64,000 bases of DNA, taken from NCBI GenBank assembly GCA_963747985.1, contig CAVVHG010000002.1, positions 33,323-97,322 on the forward strand, read 5' to 3'. The position numbers and the translations under genes are program-made. The notes beneath the pieces were generated by a model that did not search any database, was not told the DNA's origin, and saw only the letters and a program-made list of their open reading frames with translations. Below are positions 20,048 through 29,738 of the stretch, one piece after another; the stretch's first letter is position 1, and each line of letters starts with the position of its first letter. The stretch comes from an uncultured Acidobacteriota bacterium (lineage in GTDB: Bacteria > Acidobacteriota > UBA6911).

Positions 20048-22507
20048 TCATTCGTACCGAAGCACTACGATGGGATCCACCTTCGTCGCCCGCCGGGCAG
20101 GAAAGTAGCAGGCAGCGAGGCCCACAGCGATCAACAACACGGCGACAATAGCGAGCGTTAGTGGGTCGGCGGCCTCAAGTCCCCAGATCCGGTTTTGGAG
20201 AATCTTCGTCAGTCCGATACTCGCCGGCACTCCAAGTCCGATGCCCACCAGCAGCCAGCGAACTCCCGACCTGATCACCAGGCCGCGAACATCCGCAGCT
20301 TCGGCCCCCAGCGCCATGCGGATCCCAATCTCGCGCGTCCGCTGAGTGACGGAGTAAGAGAGAACGCCGTAGATCCCTATCAATACCAGCACTACTCCTA
20401 ATGATGCGAACACTGACATCAAGGTCATCACAAAGCGCGGTTCGGTGAGCCAAAAGCGGTCCAGAAGGACTTCCAAAGGCTCGCCGTCCAGGGGTAACTC
20501 CCTGTCCAGGGAGGCGGCCTCCCGCCGCAGCGTATTCAGCAGTAGTGCGGGCGCGGCCGCCGTGCGGACCAGATAGGAAGTCCACTGATTGCCTACCACT
20601 GTGTAGGGAATGCACGTCGAGGGCTCTGCCGGTTGCTGGGGACCGGTGTCCCGGATATCGCCAGTGACCCCTACAATCTCGAAGGACGGGAACTTGACCG
20701 AGTACGGCAGGTTGGCCATTTCCTTCAGCGTGATCTGCCGGCCCAGGGGATTCTCGCCCCCGAAGTACTTCCTGGCAAACGATTGGTTGATGACAACAAC
20801 CTTTCGGGCCAGCTTGAAGTCGTCATCGGAAATGGTGCGCCCCGCGAACAAAGGGATCCGCATAGTCTCAAAGAAACCGTCGCTTGCAGTGCGCATCAGG
20901 GCGCGCTGGTCTTCCTGGCTCGGTTTCCCTGTAATTTCGATCGCCATGGACTCGCCTCCCCAGACTGGCGGAGGTGCCCCGAGCGCTGCCGATACGACTC
21001 CCGGCATTGTCCGCAGTCGTCTCAGAAGCTCGACGCTGAAGATGTTTCTTTGTTCGGCGGTCTTGTACCGCCGTTCCGGCAACGTAACAAACGATACGAG
21101 GATGTTGCCCGGGTCATAGCCCGGCTTGACGGAAGCAATCGCAAAGAAGCTGTGCATCAGTACCCCGGCACCGGTCATCAGCACCAGAGAGAGCATTACC
21201 TCGCCCACTACCAGCAGGTTCCGCAGCCGGTTTTGGCGGCGACTCTCGCTGGCTCCGTGCCCGCCGGATCTCAGCCCTGCTTGAAAGTCTCTACGCACTG
21301 CGTGCAGGGCGGGCGCCAGACCGAACAACAGGGTGCCTGCAAGCGCGACACCGACGGTAAAAAGCAATACCGGGCCGTTGATGCGAATGACCGCTTCTGT
21401 CGGAATCTCCCAGGGCGGGATGATTGCCATCAGACTCTCCAACCCCACCCAGGCGAAAAGGCAGCCGAGCAGAACGCCGCCCATCGCCAGCAGAAGACTT
21501 TCCACCATGAACTGGCGGACGAGACGCACGCGGCCCGCCCCCAGGGATGCCCGTATCAGGATCTCCGTCTTTCGTGCGGTGGCGCGCGCCAGAAGCAGGT
21601 TTCCGACGTTGGTGCAGGCGATGCCCAACAGCAATAAGACCGCCCCCAGCAGAATGTAGAAGATTCGGTGGGGTTCGCGCCCGACGGCAGCATCGGCGAT
21701 TAGTTCGGCGCTGAAATCTGCTCGTTTCGGATGGATCTTTGGGTAAGCCTCGCCATAGCCTTTGAAAAGCACAGCCGCTTCTGCCGCGGCCTGCTCGACC
21801 GAAACGCCGTGCTTCAGACGGCCCACCGTCGAGATCTCCTGCTCGCTCGCGGCCTCACCGCCGGTAAAGCTTTCGGGAAGCCACATCTCCGCACCGCCCA
21901 GGCTGAACCGCGGCGGCATCACCCCGATCACGGTCGTAGGCCGGCCATTAAGAACGAGCGTTCGCCCGACGATTCCCGGGTCACCGCCGAACTTGCTTCG
22001 CCACGTTTTGTGCCTTAGGACGACCACGGGCGGCGCTCCTGGCTCCGCATCGGCGGGCGTGAACCTACGGCCCATCAAGGGCGGCAGGCCGAGCACCTCG
22101 AACGCGTTGCCGGTTGCCTTCACCCCGTCGAAAGCTAGGGCGGCATCAGGGCCGGTCAGCACAATCTGGTCGTGCCTCATACCGATCACACCGTCAAATA
22201 CGCGGTTCTGTTTTCGGTAGTCGAGAAATTCCTGAACAGGAAACCATCCCCAGTAATATTCCGGCCCATAATCCTGGTATCTAATGACAACTGCGGCCAG
22301 GCGATGGCTGTCAACATAGGGGAAGGGATCGAGCACTGCGCCTTCAATTACGCTGAACATCGCCGTAGCCCCGCCGATGCCGAGCGCCAGCGTGACGGTG
22401 GCCAGAATGGTAAACGCCGGATTCTTCCTGTACATGCGCAGGCCGAAGCGCAGGTCTTGAACGAGAGCGCTCATCGCAAACCTCGAATTTAGCTGATCTG
22501 GAGTCAA
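20048..22507 (-). CDS. ADOP-family duplicated FtsX/MacB-like ABC transporter permease
   Basis: The 819-aa ORF opens with the N-terminal signature QDLRFGLRMYRKNPAFTILATVTLALGIGGATAMFSV. It has two FtsX-like 4-TM blocks separated by large extracytoplasmic regions. An alternative start at Met-12 (MSALVQDL, about 22474) is possible. Confidence 0.85.
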   Translation of the reverse strand: MTPDQLNSRFAMSALVQDLRFGLRMYRKNPAFTILATVTLALGIGGATAMFSVIEGAVLDPFPYVDSHRLAAVVIRYQDYGPEYYWGWFPVQEFLDYRKQNRVFDGVIGMRHDQIVLTGPDAALAFDGVKATGNAFEVLGLPPLMGRRFTPADAEPGAPPVVVLRHKTWRSKFGGDPGIVGRTLVLNGRPTTVIGVMPPRFSLGGAEMWLPESFTGGEAASEQEISTVGRLKHGVSVEQAAAEAAVLFKGYGEAYPKIHPKRADFSAELIADAAVGREPHRIFYILLGAVLLLLGIACTNVGNLLLARATARKTEILIRASLGAGRVRLVRQFMVESLLLAMGGVLLGCLFAWVGLESLMAIIPPWEIPTEAVIRINGPVLLFTVGVALAGTLLFGLAPALHAVRRDFQAGLRSGGHGASESRRQNRLRNLLVVGEVMLSLVLMTGAGVLMHSFFAIASVKPGYDPGNILVSFVTLPERRYKTAEQRNIFSVELLRRLRTMPGVVSAALGAPPPVWGGESMAIEITGKPSQEDQRALMRTASDGFFETMRIPLFAGRTISDDDFKLARKVVVINQSFARKYFGGENPLGRQITLKEMANLPYSVKFPSFEIVGVTGDIRDTGPQQPAEPSTCIPYTVVGNQWTSYLVRTAAAPALLLNTLRREAASLDRELPLDGEPLEVLLDRFWLTEPRFVMTLMSVFASLGVVLVLIGIYGVLSYSVTQRTREIGIRMALGAEAADVRGLVIRSGVRWLLVGIGLGVPASIGLTKILQNRIWGLEAADPLTLAIVAVLLIAVGLAACYFPARRATKVDPIVVLRYE

Positions 22508-22997
22508 GTGCTGTTTGAATCTTCACACAGTTGCATCGCCAATTCAATCAAGGGCTGCCGGCGTCAGCCGCTGGTGAGACACTGCTTTGATAGATGATCC
22601 CCGGCCTGCTCTGCTCCAACTTGAGACACGCGATTGGCGTGACCTGGTTCGAGGAGTTCAAGCGCCTCGTGCCGACGGGGAAGAACTGATCCCCTCGCTC
22701 CCACTCACGTATGAGTGACTCGACGCACCGCGTGGCAAGTTCCAACATCCAAACCCAGGCCTTGCCGGCGCTATTGCGGGACTCCCATTCCGGGGGGGCC
22801 ACCCGGGGCCAGTGGACTCCCTATTCATGAACTTCCGTCGTTATTGTCGTCTATGTCGTAGTAGGTTCTGAGTTGATCGGTGCCAGTAGCAGGGCCGTAC
22901 TGGCAGTCGCCTGCGTTCCTGGCAGGCTGAAGGGCCTGGCATGTTAGGGGTGTCATTCCGGGGGGACGCCCGGGGGTGTTCAGCGGTCAGAAATTTT

Positions 22998-23015
22998 GTG
23001 GGTATATGGTGGGTA
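22998..23015 (+). repeat. 18-bp perfect direct repeat GTGGGTATATGGTGGGTA, copy 2
   Basis: Copy 2 lies about 140 nt upstream of the tRNA-Arg 3' fragment. Confidence 0.6.
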
Positions 23016-23157
23016 ATTCAGCGCAAAAAGGCGGTATTAGACGGAAAAGACGGACGACTTGACGATTGCCAGTGAGCCCTTGACTGGCGCGGGTTTCGGA
23101 GGAATTTCAGTGTTCTCTGATACTTGCCAAAAACGGGCCCGAAGGGATTCCTAAACC

Positions 23158-23202
23158 GTGGGCCGCTGGTTCAAGTCCGGCCAGGCGCACCACTTTCAGC
23201 CA
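23158..23202 (+). pseudogene. 3' fragment of a tRNA-Arg(CCT) gene (anticodon loop through CCA)
   Basis: TTCCTAA-ACCGT-GGGCC-GCTGG-TTCAAGT-CCGGC-CAGGCGC-A-CCA reproduces the anticodon loop/stem, T-arm and 3' acceptor with CCA. No matching 5' half (D-arm or acceptor) lies upstream. Confidence 0.5.
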
Positions 23203-23264
23203 CAGAAAGCGCAGGGCGCGGCTCCGCTTTCTCGCAGTCCCCGCTATCGCAGTAACCCAATCCG

Positions 23265-23340
23265 GTCTATAATCGATGCAACTTCCCCGCGGTGGCTGGA
23301 CGCATCGGGAACGACTGATCAAAAGGGAGGGCAAGCTCCC
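23265..23340 (+). promoter_or_regulatory. Conserved kinase leader copy: TATAAT (23268-23273), 5'UTR and RBS GGGAGG
   Basis: This region is about 85% identical to 12743-12816. Confidence 0.5.
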
Positions 23341-25935
23341 ATGATCGGCAAGACGCTGGGTCATTACCAGATCACGGAAAAGCTTGGCGAAGGTGGGATG
23401 GGCGAGGTCTACAAGGCATTCGACACCCGCCTCCAAAGAACGGTAGCGATCAAGCGGCTGCTCCCGGAGCTTGCCTCTGACGAAGATTATCGCCGACGTT
23501 TCCTCAAGGAAGCCCAGCATGCGGCGAGCCTGACGCATCAGTGCATCGCCGGCATCTACGACATTCTGGAAGAGAACGGTGATTTGCTTCTCGTGATGGA
23601 ATACGTCGACGGCCGCACGATTCCTGATTGCAGGCTCAACAACGAAAACATGGACGAGTTCCTCAATCTTGCCAGGCAGGCCGTCGAGGCTCTGGTGACT
23701 GCGCATCAGCACGGCCTGGTGCACCGGGATCTGAAGCCGAGCAACATCATGCTCACGCCCGGTCACAAGGTGAAGCTCCTTGACTTCGGGCTGGCCAGAA
23801 AGATCGACTTTATGTCGCAAGCCAGTACACCCAGCGATGTATCCACGGAAAGCGGGAAGGTTCGGGGGACACCCGCGTATATGGCTCCGGAAGTCCTCAG
23901 GGGCAGACCCGCAGATCCCCGGTCAGACATATTTTCTCTGGGAGTAGTGTTTTACGAGGTTCTCGCAGGGCGCCACCCTTTTGCGGATGCGACGCTGGCT
24001 GCCATGACCCACCGGATTCTGAGCGAACCGACGCCTTCCATGACCAGGTTCAATCCGGCGGTGCCGGAGGATCTGGAGAGGATCCTGAGCCGAATGCTCG
24101 ACAAGGATCCGGATTCGAGATACGCGACTGCCGTGGATCTCCTGGCGGATCTACGCCGCTATTTGCGGGACCATTCCTATCCTTCGTTCCCGCTCTCCGG
24201 CACGACTCCAGCTCGGAAGCACCGGTTTGGTCTGGTGGCAGCCATCGTCGTGGTTGCGGCTCTACTCGTCGTGCTTGGCCTGCGGTATGGCGAAGATCTG
24301 CTGGGCCGGTTGGGGATCCTGTCACTGCCTGAGAACCCCACCGTTGCGGTGCTTCCACTCACGTACCGGGGCGATTCCCAGACCCTCGTCTCATTCTGCG
24401 GCGGACTGACAGAGCAGTGGAATCTCCGGCTGTGCAGGCTCGCGGCTACGCATCCGATCAGCATCCTGCCGCAGCAGCTCTTGCTGGCACGTCATGTAAC
24501 CAAGCTTGACGAGATCGGCCGGGAGGCCGGCGCCAACCTGGCGCTGACCGCGTCGGTGAAAGAAGTGGGCCGTGATCTGCGCCTGGACATCGTCGTCGTA
24601 GGGGGGAGGAGCGGGCGGGTGCTGCGCCGGGGCCAGGTCACCGGGACGATCGGTGATCCCATGACGCTTGACCTTCAGCTTGCCGAGACGGGGTGGAAGC
24701 TCCTGGGTATGCCGTTCTCGCCCAGGGAAAGACGGGAGCTGGCGGAATTCGGGACCAATGATCCCTTAGCCTACAACCGCTACCTGCAGGGCTTGGGGCT
24801 CCTATGGCATTCGTCGGAGCCCAAGCACCATGAGGAAGCACTTCAGACCCTGCAGGAGGCTGCGACGCTGGATCCGAGCTTCTCGCAGGCGCTCGCGGCC
24901 ATGGGACAGGCCTCGCTGCAGATCTTCCAGGATAACAAAGAGCCGCGCTGGCTGGAAAAGTCGCTCAGCTGCTGCGGCGAGGCGGCAAGGTTGAGGCCGC
25001 GCCTTGCCGAGGCTCAGATCTGCCTCGGGGAGGCTTTCCGCGCCAAAGGCGACCTGGAGAGCGCCGTCATGGCGCTGAACCGGGCCCGCTCTTACGACCC
25101 GGGGAACATGGCGCTATTGGAGGAACTCGGGGATCTCAACGGCGACCTCGGCCGGAACGGGGAGGCCGAGCAGGCATACAAGATGGTGGTTCAGCAGAAA
25201 CCTGAATACTGGCGGGGGCACAGCACCATCGGGTATTTCTATTTCACGCACGCGCGCTGGGATGAGGCCGAACGTGCCTACAAGAGGGCGACGGAACTGG
25301 CGCCAGACTACTATCGAGCCTTCATGAGCCTCTGCGCGGTCTACGGCGAGTTGTACCGCTGGGAGGATTCACAGCGGGCCTGCGAGCGCTCCCTGGAGAT
25401 TCATGAACACGGCGGGGCTTACACCAACCTCGCCACGGCATATTTTCAGCGGGGAATGTACGCGCAAGCGGTGAGCGCCGCCAAGAACGCGGTCATCTAT
25501 CTCGACAAGACAGAGAGCGACAGCTACCAGGAATATGGGAACCTGGCGGACATTCTGTACTGGACGCCCGGCGAGCGGGAGGGCGCATCAGAGTATTTCC
25601 GCAAAGCTCTGGATAAGGCACAAGCGTACATGCAGAAGATGCCGCGCGATCCGGCGCCAGCCTCGGCGCGCATAGCGCTCTATCTGGCGATGCTCGGTCA
25701 GAAAAGCGCGTCCCTGGATTATCTGGATCGGGCCCTGCGGATGGAAGGCGATAACCCGGAGATTCTCTTCAAGGCTGCGCAGATCCACCATCAGTTCGAC
25801 GACAGGGAGAAGACCCTCGGGTATCTCCGTGCGGCCTTGGAAAAGGGATTGGATAAGAGGAAGGTCCTCTTCGATCCGCGATTTCGAATCCTGAAGGATC
25901 AGCCGGAGTTTCAGAAGATGCTTGGAAACCACTAA
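23341..25935 (+). CDS. Ser/Thr protein kinase with TM helix and C-terminal TPR repeats
   Basis: The protein starts [28 protein letters not shown] and carries [17 protein letters not shown] and APEVL. A TM segment (LVAAIVVVAALLVVLGL) is followed by a C-terminal half rich in TPR-like helical repeats. The start is chosen after the RBS; the ORF table's 23158 start overlaps the tRNA fragment. Confidence 0.85.
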   Translation: MIGKTLGHYQITEKLGEGGMGEVYKAFDTRLQRTVAIKRLLPELASDEDYRRRFLKEAQHAASLTHQCIAGIYDILEENGDLLLVMEYVDGRTIPDCRLNNENMDEFLNLARQAVEALVTAHQHGLVHRDLKPSNIMLTPGHKVKLLDFGLARKIDFMSQASTPSDVSTESGKVRGTPAYMAPEVLRGRPADPRSDIFSLGVVFYEVLAGRHPFADATLAAMTHRILSEPTPSMTRFNPAVPEDLERILSRMLDKDPDSRYATAVDLLADLRRYLRDHSYPSFPLSGTTPARKHRFGLVAAIVVVAALLVVLGLRYGEDLLGRLGILSLPENPTVAVLPLTYRGDSQTLVSFCGGLTEQWNLRLCRLAATHPISILPQQLLLARHVTKLDEIGREAGANLALTASVKEVGRDLRLDIVVVGGRSGRVLRRGQVTGTIGDPMTLDLQLAETGWKLLGMPFSPRERRELAEFGTNDPLAYNRYLQGLGLLWHSSEPKHHEEALQTLQEAATLDPSFSQALAAMGQASLQIFQDNKEPRWLEKSLSCCGEAARLRPRLAEAQICLGEAFRAKGDLESAVMALNRARSYDPGNMALLEELGDLNGDLGRNGEAEQAYKMVVQQKPEYWRGHSTIGYFYFTHARWDEAERAYKRATELAPDYYRAFMSLCAVYGELYRWEDSQRACERSLEIHEHGGAYTNLATAYFQRGMYAQAVSAAKNAVIYLDKTESDSYQEYGNLADILYWTPGEREGASEYFRKALDKAQAYMQKMPRDPAPASARIALYLAMLGQKSASLDYLDRALRMEGDNPEILFKAAQIHHQFDDREKTLGYLRAALEKGLDKRKVLFDPRFRILKDQPEFQKMLGNH

Positions 25936-25983
25936 CAGGTCCCATGGGTGAAACCCGTGGAACATTCAGAAAGGAATATAGCC

Positions 25984-26328
25984 ATGCCCAATGTGACAGT
26001 ATTTGTAACAGATACTCCGACGGGGAACGGATATGCCATCACCATCGACCCCTACCGCGCCCATGTAACCGCGGCCGATAATGCCATTGTCTGGAACAGC
26101 AACTATCCGATCACGATCGAACTGGTCTATCCGGCGCACTTTCCGCAACTCGTAGGTCATGCGTATGGAACTCCTCAGAACAGCGGGGCGGTTGCCGATC
26201 GTGCAATTGTTCCCAATGGAACCTATCACTACAAGATCAGCATTTTGGTAGATGACAGGGATCCGGAACGCAAAGGCCGATACAAGAACATCATCTGCAT
26301 CGATCCGGATTATAAGGTCGATCGCTGA
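25984..26328 (+). CDS. Hypothetical small protein
   Basis: An RBS aaaggaa precedes the ATG at 25984 (MPNVTVFVTD...). The ORF is 114 aa with no recognised motif. Confidence 0.4.
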   Translation: MPNVTVFVTDTPTGNGYAITIDPYRAHVTAADNAIVWNSNYPITIELVYPAHFPQLVGHAYGTPQNSGAVADRAIVPNGTYHYKISILVDDRDPERKGRYKNIICIDPDYKVDR

Positions 26329-26437
26329 GAAGTTACGAGAATTTTGTGACAGGCGCCTCAACCTCGAAATGCGTTGTCGCTGCCGGGGAGATCTACGGCA
26401 CCTTGCGTGAGCCATGGCTTCACCCGGCATCTACACA

Positions 26438-26464
26438 TTGAAGAGGCGCCTCTTGGCCTATAAT
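26438..26464 (+). promoter_or_regulatory. Putative promoter (TTGAAG, 15-nt spacer, TATAAT) overlapped by the 14-bp perfect palindrome AAGAGGCGCCTCTT
   Basis: The palindrome lies at 26441-26454 and the TATAAT at 26459-26464. Both sit about 60 nt upstream of the kinase ATG at 26528. Confidence 0.4.
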
Positions 26465-26527
26465 GACGGCAAGTGAAGCGTGCTCAGATCCGCCGCGCTG
26501 ACGGACCGCGCGGGAGGTGCCCTTTCC

Positions 26528-27692
26528 ATGATCGGCAGGACGCTCGGCCATTATCAGATCACAGAAAGGCTCGGCGCGGGCGGCATGGGCGTGGTCTACA
26601 AAGCCCGGGACCTGCACCTGGACCGCTTTGTCGCCCTGAAGATCCTACCGCCGAAGAAGGTCGTCGACCCCGACCGTAAGCGGCGATTCGTCCAGGAAGC
26701 CAAGGCCGCATCCGCCCTCAACCATCCGAACATCATTCACGTCTACGACATCGATCAAGCCGACGGCACCGACTACATCGCAATGGAGTATGTCGAGGGC
26801 AAGACACTGGATCAGCGGATCGGTCACCGTGGCCTCCGGCTCAATGACGCGCTGAAATATGCGGTGCAGATTGCCGACGCGCTGGCCAAGGCTCATTCCG
26901 CCGGCATCGTTCACAGAGATCTGAAGCCCACGAACATCATGGTGAACGAGGACGGTGTGGTGAAGGTCCTCGATTTTGGCCCAGGCGAAGCTCACCGAGT
27001 GGGTTCAGGGCGACCAGTTCGCCTCCACGGCCACAATTGACGACGAAGGAAGGCCCATTACGGAAGAGGGTGTCATCGTCGGAACCGTTTCCTGCATGTC
27101 GCCGGAGCAGGCCGAGGGCAGGAAGGTAGATGCCCGTTCGGACATCTTCTCGCTGGGATCGGTGCTGTATGAGATGGTGACCGGGCAGAAAGCCTTTCAG
27201 GGCACGAGCAAGCTGTCGACGCTGTCGGCGATCCTGCACCAGGAGCCGAAACCGGTCAGCGGCGTCACGCCGACAATTCCGGCTGATCTTGAGAAGCTGA
27301 TCAACCGGTGCCTGCGGAAAGATCCCGCGAAGCGCTGGCAGACCATGGCGGACTTGAAGGTCGCCCTGGAAGAATTGAAGGAGGACGCCGAGTCGGGACG
27401 GTTGCAGGCCGCGCCTGCCGCGGCACAACGGTTCACGCATTTGCGGCTTGTCGCTGCCGTGTTTGCCGTCGCCGTCCTGGTTGCGGCCGGATGGTATTGG
27501 ATGAGCCGACAGCGCGCTGCCGGGCCGGAGGGGCCACTGACCGCTGTTCCCCTGACGAGCTATCCGGGTTGCGAGATGAATCCCACAAAGGATCCCGAGC
27601 CTTCGGTGAGCGACATGTCGTCGTTTGGTCAGATCTTCGGGAAGGCCGGCGGCCCGCGCGTGATCCAGCTCGGCCTTCGCCTCTCGTTTTGA
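26528..27692 (+). pseudogene. Ser/Thr protein kinase, frameshifted near the DFG motif and truncated after the TM helix
   Basis: [28 protein letters not shown]...HRDLKPTNIM...VLDFG is followed by a +1 frameshift around 26985 (ggcccaggcg where paralogs have ggnctggcg). The next frame continues LAKLTE...SPEQAEG...TM (VAAVFAVAVLVAAGWYW)...LTAVPLTSYPG and stops at 27692. The propeller region is absent. Confidence 0.7.
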
Positions 27693-27715
27693 AGGGGACA
27701 GTTTCCCTCCGCAAG

Positions 27716-28138
27716 CTACTCGGCAGGCGGGTAAGGGCAGACGCCGAGCCGCCTCAGCTGCTTGCGGAATCCCCGGTCGAACGTGGCAAGGTATTCATGC
27801 CCTCCGGAATCGGCCACAGCCGCGAGGGCCGCATCAGCGCAGGACTCTACCTTGCCGGGCCAGATCTCGAAGAGGCGCGTCCACGGCGTTTCGTCGACGA
27901 GGATGACACCGGGCATGTCGATCAAATCCCGGACGGCTGTGGCCACTGCCGCCGGTGCCTGCCTGTAGAGATTCTGCAGCACATAGACCGTCTCGGTGAT
28001 CACCGCCTGATGGAGTACTACCTCGAGCCGGGCCGAAGCAGCATCCTCGAAGATTTCCGCAGCGATCTTCTGTTGCCTGAGGTCCCGGTCAGTCAGGAAG
28101 GAGATCACGACACTGGTGTCTATGACGATGCGCTTCAT
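27716..28138 (-). CDS. PIN-domain toxin (VapC-like ribonuclease)
   Basis: MKRIVIDTSVVISF...ITETVYVL...ADAAL...ATFD shows the acidic PIN quartet. The ATG at 28136-28138 overlaps the upstream antitoxin stop (ATGA). Confidence 0.8.
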   Translation of the reverse strand: MKRIVIDTSVVISFLTDRDLRQQKIAAEIFEDAASARLEVVLHQAVITETVYVLQNLYRQAPAAVATAVRDLIDMPGVILVDETPWTRLFEIWPGKVESCADAALAAVADSGGHEYLATFDRGFRKQLRRLGVCPYPPAE

Positions 28139-28371
28139 TTCGATCCCCGACCTCTGGTTGCCCGCGCGCGCGTCACGTCGTTGGTGACGGAGCCCTTGCC
28201 GACCGGGATTGTGCCGCGTCGTCTCAGGAAGGCGGGGCTCGCCACGCGAATGCGAACGGCGTCGCGACCCGCCTCCCACAGCAAGACGTCGCCAGTCGAA
28301 ATCCGCAGTTGTTGCCGGATGTCTCGGGGGATCGTCGTCTGCCCTTTGCTCGTTACGGTCGACTTGATCAT
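28135..28371 (-). CDS. AbrB/MazE/SpoVT-family antitoxin
   Basis: The ORF is 78 aa. MIKSTVTSKGQTTIPRDIRQQLRISTGDVLLWE matches the swapped-hairpin SpoVT/AbrB motif. It lies immediately upstream of the PIN toxin with a 4-nt overlap. Confidence 0.75.
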   Translation of the reverse strand: MIKSTVTSKGQTTIPRDIRQQLRISTGDVLLWEAGRDAVRIRVASPAFLRRRGTIPVGKGSVTNDVTRARATRGRGSK

Positions 28372-28493
28372 GATGCCTCCTCACAGAATAGCAGAATTTA
28401 TAAGGAACGACGTCACGGGCAAGCTTTGAGTAGATCCGGTCTGTCAACCGGGGCCGCACCCATAGATGTACCTTACAATTTCAAAGCAAGTGT

Positions 28494-29738
28494 TTGATAA
28501 TGCTCGGTATGAAAAGATCGTACCAAAGCCTACTCAGGTCGTATCTTGACGGGTTCCCCTGTGTCGCACTGATCGGCGTGCGGCAATGCGGAAAAACCAC
28601 GATGCTTCAGACATTGCCGGTGGAATGGAAGCGATACGACCTCGAACGGCGTGCCGACTATCAGGTCGTTTCCAGAGACCCGGATACGTTTTTCCGGTTG
28701 AATCCACGTAGCGTTGCCATCGATGAGGCGCAGATTCTGCCCGGAGTCTATTCGGCCCTGAGGGCTGCTATCGATGAGCGACGTTCGGAGCGGGGACGGT
28801 TCGTGATCATCGGATCGAGTTCGCCCGATCTCTTACGCTCCCTATCCGAGAGCCTTGCCGGCCGGGTAGCAGTAATCGAAATGGCCCCCTTTTCCTGGGA
28901 GGAGGTCACAGGGACCCTGAGGCGTGACTCCTTTCTCCGGCGGCTTCAGGATCGGAGGGCAGAGCCGCAGGATCTGATATCGAGGTTGAAGCCGCGGGGA
29001 GACCTGGCCCTTGCACACGATTATTGGTTCCGCGGCGGCTACCCGGAACCGTGGCTGCGGAAGGATGAGGGGTTTCGGCGGCAATGGATCGAGCAGTACA
29101 TACAGAGTTACCTCTACCGGGACGTGAAAAGGCTGTTTCCGGGCTTGGATGAACTGCGGTTTCGGCGGTTTCTGGAAATGCTGGGCGGGTTGTCGGGACG
29201 CATTCTTAACTACTCGGAGATCGCGCGTGCGATGGGGATATCCCAGCCCACGGCGCGCGACTATTTCGACATCGCTCATGGCACTTTTCTCTGGCGAGCC
29301 GTTCCCGCCTGGACCAGGGACAGCGTGAAACGGACGGTCAAGCACCCACGCGGATATCTCCGGGATACGGGATTGCTGCACGCGCTCATGCGCATCCCGG
29401 ACGGCGATGCGCTGCTGAGCCACCCGCAGATGGGGGCGTCATGGGAAGGCATGGTCATCGAGGAGATACTGCGTCAGCTGAACTCGCTGGGAGTTGCGTG
29501 CCAATACAGCCACTATCGGACAGGTGGTGGTGCGGAGGTGGACCTGGTGCTCGAAGGGGATTTCGGTCTGGTGGCCTGTGAGATCAAACACACGTCTACG
29601 GTGCCTGCGCGCGAACTGAGGTCACTGCGCGATTTCGTGGCGGACCAAGGAGCGCGTCTTGGAGTTGTAGTCAATGCCGATGTCATGCCGCGCCTGTATG
29701 ACGACCGCATCGTCGGCCTGCCGTTCACTCATTTGTGA
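28494..29738 (+). CDS. AAA+ ATPase of the DUF4143 (COG1373-like) family
   Basis: The protein has Walker A GVRQCGKTT and Walker B AIDEAQ. Its C-terminal region is typical of AAA_14/DUF4143 proteins. It is 414 aa. Confidence 0.8.
   Translation: MIMLGMKRSYQSLLRSYLDGFPCVALIGVRQCGKTTMLQTLPVEWKRYDLERRADYQVVSRDPDTFFRLNPRSVAIDEAQILPGVYSALRAAIDERRSERGRFVIIGSSSPDLLRSLSESLAGRVAVIEMAPFSWEEVTGTLRRDSFLRRLQDRRAEPQDLISRLKPRGDLALAHDYWFRGGYPEPWLRKDEGFRRQWIEQYIQSYLYRDVKRLFPGLDELRFRRFLEMLGGLSGRILNYSEIARAMGISQPTARDYFDIAHGTFLWRAVPAWTRDSVKRTVKHPRGYLRDTGLLHALMRIPDGDALLSHPQMGASWEGMVIEEILRQLNSLGVACQYSHYRTGGGAEVDLVLEGDFGLVACEIKHTSTVPARELRSLRDFVADQGARLGVVVNADVMPRLYDDRIVGLPFTHL

Noticed and set aside
20633-21637. 334-aa plus-strand ORF
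   Set aside because: It is antisense to the ADOP permease and shows GC-rich frame artefact composition.
23107-23820. 237-aa minus-strand ORF overlapping the tRNA fragment
   Set aside because: It is antisense to the kinase-TPR gene and its leader.
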